In this document: one piece after another, positions 45,782-52,958 of the stretch
How the letters are laid out: each line of letters opens with the position of its first letter
Position numbering within the stretch: position 1 is the stretch's first letter
Sequence record: SRR20825006_1097
Direction: 5' to 3' (one strand)
Length of the DNA stretch: 52,958 nt
The notes under the pieces: model-generated
Seen by the model: only the letters and a program-made list of their open reading frames with translations
Told to the model about the DNA's origin: nothing
Database searches by the model: none
Translations under genes and position numbers: made by a program

Positions 45782-45808
45782 TATTCATGATTTTGAGGTT
45801 CTTTCGGT

Positions 45809-46210
45809 ATGAGTTCAATCAATGCAGTTCGTCCACAAGATGGAGTCATTCTGGCGATTACGTTTCAATATTATCGTGATTTGCCGGAGGCTTGTGCCTT
45901 CTATGAAGAAGTTTTGGGGTTGAAACTCGCCATTGATCAAGGTTGGTCTAAAATCTACGCCATTGGCGGTGGTGCCCATGTTGGCTTAGTAGACGAAGTG
46001 CGTGGCATGCAGAAATGGGCCGAGCAAAAAACCGTTCAATTGTGTTTGCGTGTGCCGAATGTGGACGATTGGTATACGTGGGTTTCTGCGCAAAATGTTG
46101 AGGGGCTGAAGCCGCTGAAGGATAGCGAAGAGTTGGGTATTCGCGCTTTCGCCTTCAACGATCCAGAAGGTTATCAAATCGAAGTTCAGACTGCGAAGCC
46201 CGGGCACTAG
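45809..46210 (+). CDS. VOC (glyoxalase/bleomycin resistance) family protein
   Basis: FYEEVLGL, FNDPEGYQIE. Confidence 0.9.
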   Translation: MSSINAVRPQDGVILAITFQYYRDLPEACAFYEEVLGLKLAIDQGWSKIYAIGGGAHVGLVDEVRGMQKWAEQKTVQLCLRVPNVDDWYTWVSAQNVEGLKPLKDSEELGIRAFAFNDPEGYQIEVQTAKPGH

Positions 46211-46288
46211 ACCGGGGGAGGAGTGGCTGCGCGCCTTCTTGCGTGTGGTCGTCTGAAATAAACGGACTATCTAAAAGGGAGAAGTAAA

Positions 46289-47848
46289 GTGAGAATAACC
46301 CCAAAACGGGCACTGCAATTGTGCGCAACAAGTGTTGCATTTGCAGCGGTCAGTACATTTGGCGCTATGGCGGCAGATAAGTCGCTGACCATTGGTCTAA
46401 CATCTGACCCAAGCCATCTTTATCCGTTGGCTGGTGAAGAATTGTCGTCCAACATTATGTATTATCACCTCTATGATCCATTGGTGAAGCGGGCTGGTGA
46501 TTTGTCTTTCGGCCCTGGTTTGGCGGAAAGCTGGGAAAACGTGGATGGCACCACTTGGCGCTTTAAGCTGCGTGAAGGCGTGACGTTCCATAACGGCAAT
46601 GCGTTTACGGCAGATGACGTGATTTTCACGATCAATAAAGCGCGCGACTCTATCCGTCCTGACCTTGTGGCCAATATTGCTGATGCGAAAAAGATTGATG
46701 ACACAACAGTCGAGATCATCACGCCAAAGCCATATGCTGTGTTGCCAAATGATTTGGCAGAATTGCTTATTCTTGATGAAGAATACACCACAGAAACTGG
46801 CGACGAAAAAATGGACCTGCAGCCCATGGGTACAGGACCATATAAGTTGAAAGAGTGGATCAAGGAAGAAAAGCTCGAGCTTGTAGCGTTTGAAGATTAT
46901 TGGGCCGGCGCTGCGAAAATCGATAGCGTTACTTTCCGTCCAATCACCAACCCTGCAACGCGCACGGCTGCTTTGTTGACTGGTGAAGTTGACGTGATCC
47001 AAGATCTCGCGGTTCGCGATGTGGAACGGGTGAAGAGCGAAGACAAGTTTGAAGTGCTAACACGCCCAAGCTTGCTGAATATCGTTTTGGCCATGGACAT
47101 GCGTGAAAAATCACCAACCATCGAAGGCCCTAACCCGATGACTGACGTACGGGTGCGTGAAGCGATTGCGCGTGCGATTGATGTGGATGCGATCAATAAG
47201 ATCGTGATGAACGGTTTGGCGACGCCGAGTGACCAGTTCGTGCCATCGTCTCACATTGGTTATGTGGATGGCGAAAGCTTCCGCGATATCTATGCGTTGG
47301 ATATCGAAAAAGCAAAATCTTTGATGGCTGATGCTGGTTTCGCAGATGGGTTCACCATGACCCTTGATGCCACCAACAACCGTTATGTTAATGACGGTCA
47401 GATCGCCCAAGCCTTGGCGTCTATGTTGGCCAAGATCAATATTGATCTGCAGCTTAACATTATGCCGAAGTCGAACTTCTGGGGTTACATCCGTGTGCCA
47501 ACAGAAAATTCTAGCTTCATCATGAGCGGTTGGGATGTGCCATCAGGCGATGCTGGCAACATGTATGGCGCCTTGTTCTATTCACGGGACAAAAAAGAAG
47601 GCTATGGCCAAGTGAACCGCGGTTCATATTCGAACCCAGAGCTTGATGCCCTGGTTGATCAGGCTGACGCCACTGCAAAAGTGGAAGAGCGTGATCGCAT
47701 TCTGCAAGAAGCGACAAAGATCTTGCTCAAAGACATTCCAATGATCCCCGTTCACTACGAACAAGACATTTATGCGGTGCGTAAGGGCGTTACCCTTGAG
47801 CCGCGTGTCGACAAGTTCATGTGGGCTTACGACATGGATGTCGAATAA
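46289..47848 (+). CDS. ABC transporter substrate-binding protein, family 5 (DppA/OppA-like)
   Basis: Signal peptide; PGLAESW, FKLREGVTFHNG, GTGPYK, VREAIARAID. Confidence 0.95.
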   Translation: MRITPKRALQLCATSVAFAAVSTFGAMAADKSLTIGLTSDPSHLYPLAGEELSSNIMYYHLYDPLVKRAGDLSFGPGLAESWENVDGTTWRFKLREGVTFHNGNAFTADDVIFTINKARDSIRPDLVANIADAKKIDDTTVEIITPKPYAVLPNDLAELLILDEEYTTETGDEKMDLQPMGTGPYKLKEWIKEEKLELVAFEDYWAGAAKIDSVTFRPITNPATRTAALLTGEVDVIQDLAVRDVERVKSEDKFEVLTRPSLLNIVLAMDMREKSPTIEGPNPMTDVRVREAIARAIDVDAINKIVMNGLATPSDQFVPSSHIGYVDGESFRDIYALDIEKAKSLMADAGFADGFTMTLDATNNRYVNDGQIAQALASMLAKINIDLQLNIMPKSNFWGYIRVPTENSSFIMSGWDVPSGDAGNMYGALFYSRDKKEGYGQVNRGSYSNPELDALVDQADATAKVEERDRILQEATKILLKDIPMIPVHYEQDIYAVRKGVTLEPRVDKFMWAYDMDVE

Positions 47849-47937
47849 GCGCTAAGCACTAACCCTGTAGGATCAGCGGCGCCCCTCAGCTGCTGGTCCT
47901 CATTCCCTGATAATTTGAACCAGGTTTAGCCCTTCCC

Positions 47938-48903
47938 ATGTTTGGATATTTAGTTAAGCGACTGCTGCAAATGACGCTCGTCCTTTGGATTGTGTCCGTC
48001 ATTGTGTTTTTGATGATGAGTTTTACAGGCGACCCCGTTTTTATGGTCGTGCCTGTTGATGCAACCGACGCTGAGATTGCGCAAGCGCGGAGACTGCTGG
48101 GCCTAGACCAGCCAATGCCCGTGCAATATTGGCGCTTTTTGGTGAGCCTTGTTCAGGGCGATTTTGGCTATTCTTATGTGTTCCGCCAGCCGGCCATGAC
48201 GCTGATTATGGAACGTTTGCCCGCCACCGTTGAAATGGTTTTGGTGGCGATGGTGTTCGCACTGGTGATTTCCATTCCTTTAGGTGTTTATGCGGGGGCA
48301 AATCCTGAGAGCAAAATCAGCCGCTTTATTATGGCGGGTTCATTGCTTGGTATTTCACTGCCCGGATTTTGGGTCGGCATGGTGTTGATCTATTTGTTTG
48401 CGGTGCAGTGGGGCATATTCCCTTCATCTGGTCGTGGCGACACTGCCGAGCTTTTCGGCTTGCGCATTTCGTTGCTGACCGGTGATGGATGGCACCACAT
48501 TGTGCTACCAGCGATTACGCTTTCTCTTGCCACAACAGCGATTTTGTTGCGGATGACCCGTGCGGGCATGATGGAAGTTGGCCGACAAGACTTTATGAAG
48601 TTTGCCAAGGCCAAAGGTGTGTCGCGCCGTGATGTGCTTTATCGGCACGGGCTTAAAAACGCGATTATCCCTGTGGTGACAATTTTCGGTTTGCAGCTTG
48701 GTGATTTGATTGCCTTTGCGACCATCACAGAAACCATTTTCTCCTGGCCGGGCATGGGCAAGCTTTTGATTGACTCAATCTATCGTGCTGACCGTCCTGT
48801 CATTGTTGTTTATCTCATGCTTGTGGCGCTAATCTTTGTGGTCATCAACTTCATTGTTGATCTTGTCTACACGCTGATTGACCCTCGTATTTCATTGAAG
48901 TGA
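47938..48903 (+). CDS. ABC transporter permease (DppB-like)
   Basis: QGDFGYS, AKAKG EAA loop, ETIFSWPGMG. Confidence 0.95.
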   Translation: MFGYLVKRLLQMTLVLWIVSVIVFLMMSFTGDPVFMVVPVDATDAEIAQARRLLGLDQPMPVQYWRFLVSLVQGDFGYSYVFRQPAMTLIMERLPATVEMVLVAMVFALVISIPLGVYAGANPESKISRFIMAGSLLGISLPGFWVGMVLIYLFAVQWGIFPSSGRGDTAELFGLRISLLTGDGWHHIVLPAITLSLATTAILLRMTRAGMMEVGRQDFMKFAKAKGVSRRDVLYRHGLKNAIIPVVTIFGLQLGDLIAFATITETIFSWPGMGKLLIDSIYRADRPVIVVYLMLVALIFVVINFIVDLVYTLIDPRISLK

Positions 48904-48910
48904 GTTCAAA

Positions 48911-49783
48911 ATGACACGTTTTTTCGCATCCGAATTCTTCTTCAACTACACCAGAAACTGGTCGGCCATTATTGGCAGCGCTTTGATGTTCGCTTTTGCG
49001 TTTGCCGTTTTGGTCGGGCCGTTTCTCGTCGCGCAGAATCCATATGATATTGCGTCGCTGGATTTGATGGATAGCTACAAGCCACCGATGTGGCTTGAAG
49101 GTGGTGACCCACGTTTCCCCTTTGGCACTGATGGGCAGGGCCGCGATGTTTGGGCCAGCATTTTGTATGGTGCGCGCATCTCCTTGTTTATCGGTTTGGC
49201 TGCCATGTGTGCTTCATGCTTTATCGGCACATTTTTGGGGCTGGTTGCTGGCTTTTATGGTGGTATTTTAGACAGTATCATCATGCGGATTGCCGACATT
49301 CAGTTGTCATTCCCATCCATCTTGATCGCGTTGTTTTTGATGTCAGCTGTTGGTACGGGGATCGATAAGGTCTTGATCGCGCTCACAGCAGTGGGCTGGG
49401 TTGTCTATGCCCGTACGGTGCGGGGCTCAACCCTTTCAGAAAAGCAAAAAGAATATGTGCAGGCCGCCAAAGTGGCGGGTTTGCCCAACCATAAAATTAT
49501 CCGCAAACATATTTTGCCGAACGTTTTAACACCGCTCATCGTGATCGCGACCATTCAGGTGGGCACCTTCGTCTTGATTGAGGCTTCTCTGTCCTTCTTG
49601 GGCGTTGGCGTACCAATCACGCAACCATCGCTTGGCTTGCTGATTAAAAACGGTTTTGACGTGTTGTTCAGCGGCTTGTGGTGGACATCTGTGTTCCCCG
49701 GCTTGGCCATCATGATGCTGGTGTTTGGCATCAATCTATTTGGCGACTTTTTGCGTGACGAACTCAATCCGAGGTTGAAGTAA
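48911..49783 (+). CDS. ABC transporter permease (DppC-like)
   Basis: FGTDGQGRD, EYVQAAKVAG, EASLSFLGVG. Confidence 0.95.
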   Translation: MTRFFASEFFFNYTRNWSAIIGSALMFAFAFAVLVGPFLVAQNPYDIASLDLMDSYKPPMWLEGGDPRFPFGTDGQGRDVWASILYGARISLFIGLAAMCASCFIGTFLGLVAGFYGGILDSIIMRIADIQLSFPSILIALFLMSAVGTGIDKVLIALTAVGWVVYARTVRGSTLSEKQKEYVQAAKVAGLPNHKIIRKHILPNVLTPLIVIATIQVGTFVLIEASLSFLGVGVPITQPSLGLLIKNGFDVLFSGLWWTSVFPGLAIMMLVFGINLFGDFLRDELNPRLK

Positions 49784-50787
49784 TGACCAGTACAATTGAA
49801 ACGCAAACAGATCAGCCATTGCTTGAGCTGAAGGATCTGCGCACCCATTTTCACACCTTCGCTGGTGTGGTGAAGGCAGTAAATGGCGTTAGCTTTAAAA
49901 TCGGTCCTGGCGAGATTATGGGCCTTGTGGGCGAGAGTGGCGGCGGTAAGTCTGTTGTTGGCTTCTCCATCCTTGGTCTGATCGAAAGCCCGGGCAAAAT
50001 TGAAGGCGGCGAAATTCTATTTGATGGTGAGGATTTGGCTAAAGCCAGCGATGAGCGCCTGCGCGAAATTCGCGGTCGGGACATCTCGATGGTGTTCCAA
50101 GATCCCATGACCTCGCTGAACCCACTTCACACGGTCGGCGACCAGATGGATGAAGTGCTTCGGCTGCATTCGGATTTGGATGCAGATGCCCGCAAGCAGG
50201 CCTGCATCAAAATGCTTGAAAGCGTTGGCATCAGCCAAGCTGAAGAACGGTTGAAAGCCTATCCGCACCAGTTTTCCGGCGGTATGCGGCAGCGGGTGGT
50301 GATCGCCATCGCCATGTTGGCGCAGCCCCGCTTGATCATTGCAGATGAGCCGACCACGGCGCTGGATGTGACCATTCAAAGCCAAATCCTGAAGCTGATG
50401 CGTCAGCAAATTGCGGACAATGGGGCGTCGATGATTTTGGTGACCCACGATTTGGCCGTGGTGTCAGAAATGGCCGACCATATTACGGTGCTTTATTGTG
50501 GCCAGGTGGTGGAGCAGGGCAAAACCCGCGACATTATCGAAAGTCCATCGCATCCTTACACCCGCGGTTTGATTGACAGTATTCCTGATCCAAGTGATCG
50601 GATGACGCGGCTTAATCAAATTCCAGGCAATGTGCCGGATATCCGCAATTTGCCGAAGGGCTGCAATTTCCGAGCGCGTTGTCCGCGGGCACAGGATTTG
50701 TGTGCCGAACAAGAACCAACGCTAAAGCCCCAGCATAATTCGCTGGTTTCCGCTTGCCATTTTCCATTGCAACCGGGGGAGAAGTAA
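49783..50787 (+). CDS. ABC transporter ATPase (DppD-like)
   Basis: [23 protein letters not shown]. Confidence 0.95.
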   Translation: MTSTIETQTDQPLLELKDLRTHFHTFAGVVKAVNGVSFKIGPGEIMGLVGESGGGKSVVGFSILGLIESPGKIEGGEILFDGEDLAKASDERLREIRGRDISMVFQDPMTSLNPLHTVGDQMDEVLRLHSDLDADARKQACIKMLESVGISQAEERLKAYPHQFSGGMRQRVVIAIAMLAQPRLIIADEPTTALDVTIQSQILKLMRQQIADNGASMILVTHDLAVVSEMADHITVLYCGQVVEQGKTRDIIESPSHPYTRGLIDSIPDPSDRMTRLNQIPGNVPDIRNLPKGCNFRARCPRAQDLCAEQEPTLKPQHNSLVSACHFPLQPGEK

Positions 50788-51816
50788 ATGTCCAATACCC
50801 CAATGTTAGAGGTTCGTGACCTCAAAATGCGTTTCCCCATCGGTGGCGGTTTGTTGGATCGCATGCGCCTTGATAAGAACGGTTTTCGCATCGAAAATCC
50901 TGTGGTGCAGGCCATCAATGGTGTGAGCTTCAAAATCGAGCCGGGCGAAGTGATGGCGCTGGTTGGTGAAAGTGGATGCGGCAAGTCGACTGTGGCGAAA
51001 ACCATTGCGCGCATTTATTCGCCCACAGGCGGGGACATTTTGATCGATGGCGAAAATATCTCTGATTACGGCTTTTCAGAAATGTTGCCGGTGCGGGCCA
51101 AGATGCAAATGATTTTCCAAGATCCATTTGCCTCTTTGAATCCACGGCAAAAGGTGCGCGACATTGTTGCAGAGCCGTTGCTCGAGCAATCTAAAGACGC
51201 GAAATCGCAAAAAGATATTCCGGCAGAGATTGAAGCCTTGTTGGCTAAGGTTGGCTTGAATGGCGAACATGCAGGCCGATATCCGCACCAGTTCTCCGGT
51301 GGTCAGCGGCAGCGGATTGGCATTGCGCGTGCCTTGTCGGTACGGCCCGGATTGATCATCGCCGATGAGCCTGTTTCCGCACTCGACGTGTCTATTCAAG
51401 CGCAGATTTTGAACCTGATGATGGATTTGCGCGATGAGTTTGGCTTGGCCTATTTGTTCATCAGTCACGATCTATCTGTGGTGCACCATATCGCAGACCG
51501 GGTGGGCGTGATGTATTTGGGCTTTATGGTTGAAAACGCCCCGCGAGATCAGCTGTTCTCAAAGCCAAAACATCCCTACACGCGGGCACTTTTGAGTGCC
51601 GCACCGTCGATCAAGCCGACGCGCGACAAGGAAGAAATTGAGCTGACAGGTGAAGTGCCATCAGCTTTGAATTTGCCGTCTGGTTGCTGCTTTAGAACCC
51701 GATGCCCGTTTGCGTGGGATCGTTGCGTGAAAGAACGGCCTGTTCTCAAAGATGTTGGTGATGGTCAATCTGTTGCTTGTCACTTGACTGACGAGCCAGA
51801 AAGGGAAGTGGCATGA
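50788..51816 (+). CDS. ABC transporter ATPase (DppF-like)
   Basis: GESGCGKS, FSGGQRQR, IADEPVSALD. Confidence 0.95.
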   Translation: MSNTPMLEVRDLKMRFPIGGGLLDRMRLDKNGFRIENPVVQAINGVSFKIEPGEVMALVGESGCGKSTVAKTIARIYSPTGGDILIDGENISDYGFSEMLPVRAKMQMIFQDPFASLNPRQKVRDIVAEPLLEQSKDAKSQKDIPAEIEALLAKVGLNGEHAGRYPHQFSGGQRQRIGIARALSVRPGLIIADEPVSALDVSIQAQILNLMMDLRDEFGLAYLFISHDLSVVHHIADRVGVMYLGFMVENAPRDQLFSKPKHPYTRALLSAAPSIKPTRDKEEIELTGEVPSALNLPSGCCFRTRCPFAWDRCVKERPVLKDVGDGQSVACHLTDEPEREVA

Positions 51817-52958
51817 CAATTATTGCACAGCCACGTCTAGCGCTCGGCGATCCGCATGATTGCACGGACTCAGCTGATGATCTGACCATTTATCACGCCA
51901 TTTTTGACACATTGGTGCGACGGGTGGAGAAGCACTATCTGCCGTTGCTTGCGAAAAGTTGGTCAGTGGATGATGACGCAAAAGTGTGGCGCTTTGAGCT
52001 GCAAGATGGCGTTCAATTTCATGATGGCACTTTGTTTGATGCGGACGCGGTGAAGCAGAATATCTTGCGCATGGCGCGTGAAGATAAAGGCTACACGCTC
52101 GGTTCGCCCGCCGTGTGGCGGCAATATCTCGGTGATGCTGAGATTGTGGTCGAAAGCCCCACTTCATTGACCATCAAATTGGCGATGCCGATGGCGGATT
52201 TGCTCGATGTTTTTGAGCAAGGCTTTATGGTTGCGCCGTCTAGTTTTGCCGCGCTCGATGCGGATCGGCGCGACAGCTATATCGGCACAGGGCCGTATAA
52301 GATTTGTTCCATTGCGCCGGATCAGGTTTGTGCCGAGCGGGTGGAGGGGCATTTTATGTTCGCCCCGCAAAATCGTGAGATTGTTTGGCAGCATGTGGTG
52401 TCGCCCGATGATCGATTGGCGATGATGCAATCTGGCGCTGTGCAGGTGGCAACGATGTTGCCGTTTGAAGCGTCTAAATCGCTAGGCGCTGCGCGGCATA
52501 CTTTCTTGTCGCCGGTGGCCATCATCTATTTGCTGAATGCACAGAAAGGTCCGTTTAAGGATCCGCGCGTGCGGCGTGCGGTGAATATTGCGGTCGATCG
52601 AGACGCGCTGATTGAAACAGTTTTAGACGGTGCAGCTGAACCTCTTTTGGGTTTTGTCAGTCCCAATCATTATGGCGCAGCGGACGCGGGCACCATGGCC
52701 TGTGATCGTGAAACCGCGCGCCAGCTGCTGGCAGATGCGGGGTATGCTGATGGGCTGAGATTGAATGTCGACTGCCCAACGCGTTTGCCAGATGAGGCAG
52801 AGAAATTAACTGCCGCGCTTGGTGCGCAACTGGCTGAGGTCGGTATTGATTTCAAGGTCACCATTCACCCCGAGCGGGAGGAATATGCCCATATGGTGCG
52901 CCGCAAAGAGATCGAAGATATGTGTGTTTTCGACTCCAGCCCGATGAGCACGTTCCGC
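51813..52958 (+). CDS. Second family-5 substrate-binding-like protein, partial (runs off window), no visible signal peptide
   Basis: Not in the ORF track. ATGA overlap at 51813; MTIIAQPRLALGDPHDCTDS...IFDTLV...PLLAKSW...WRFELQDGVQFHDG...GTGPY...DPRVRRAVNIAVDR. Confidence 0.88.
   Translation, partial: MTIIAQPRLALGDPHDCTDSADDLTIYHAIFDTLVRRVEKHYLPLLAKSWSVDDDAKVWRFELQDGVQFHDGTLFDADAVKQNILRMAREDKGYTLGSPAVWRQYLGDAEIVVESPTSLTIKLAMPMADLLDVFEQGFMVAPSSFAALDADRRDSYIGTGPYKICSIAPDQVCAERVEGHFMFAPQNREIVWQHVVSPDDRLAMMQSGAVQVATMLPFEASKSLGAARHTFLSPVAIIYLLNAQKGPFKDPRVRRAVNIAVDRDALIETVLDGAAEPLLGFVSPNHYGAADAGTMACDRETARQLLADAGYADGLRLNVDCPTRLPDEAEKLTAALGAQLAEVGIDFKVTIHPEREEYAHMVRRKEIEDMCVFDSSPMSTFR

Noticed and set aside
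687-52864. Numerous 60-215 aa alternate-frame or antisense ORFs in the track (e.g. 5686-6333, 19519-20139, 32015-32617, 46397-47002, 51820-52864)
   Set aside because: They overlap well-supported genes and lack motifs; treated as shadow ORFs.
1-52958. CRISPR array or cas genes
   Set aside because: No regularly spaced direct repeats or Cas-like proteins seen.

Overview
The window starts with the 3' half of a tRNA gene (probably elongator tRNA-Met). 47 nt after its CCA lies an apparently complete Mu-like (transposable) prophage with sequence-defined ends: 94..42161 (42,068 bp), TGTGG...CCACA termini, a 5-bp TTTTT target duplication and repeated CTTTG(G/A)GAAA transposase-site-like motifs. It carries repressor/ner, ParB-like, MuA/MuB, GemA/Mor, lysis, Mu-type head and P2-type contractile tail genes, mostly on the minus strand. 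Cargo sits at both ends (Dam, DUF5131 + TcmP + membrane protein; two convergent HEPN-like genes and a two-gene operon), with two internal morons. Beyond the prophage are a small island remnant (NERD/SEC-C protein, small pseudogene) and host genes (GntR, VOC, peptide/nickel-family ABC transporter), consistent with an alphaproteobacterium (inference). The most interesting signals: (1) the MuF-PBECR2 nuclease gene lacks a proper start and lies in the -1 frame behind an A9/A_AAA_AAC site at the portal stop, suggesting a recoded portal-MuF-RNase fusion; (2) directly behind it, instead of an immunity ORF, is a promoter-driven structured antisense RNA; (3) two further cloverleaf-like RNA candidates; (4) insertion at a Tn7-like distance from a tRNA. 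All family assignments are by motif recognition; no database search was run.
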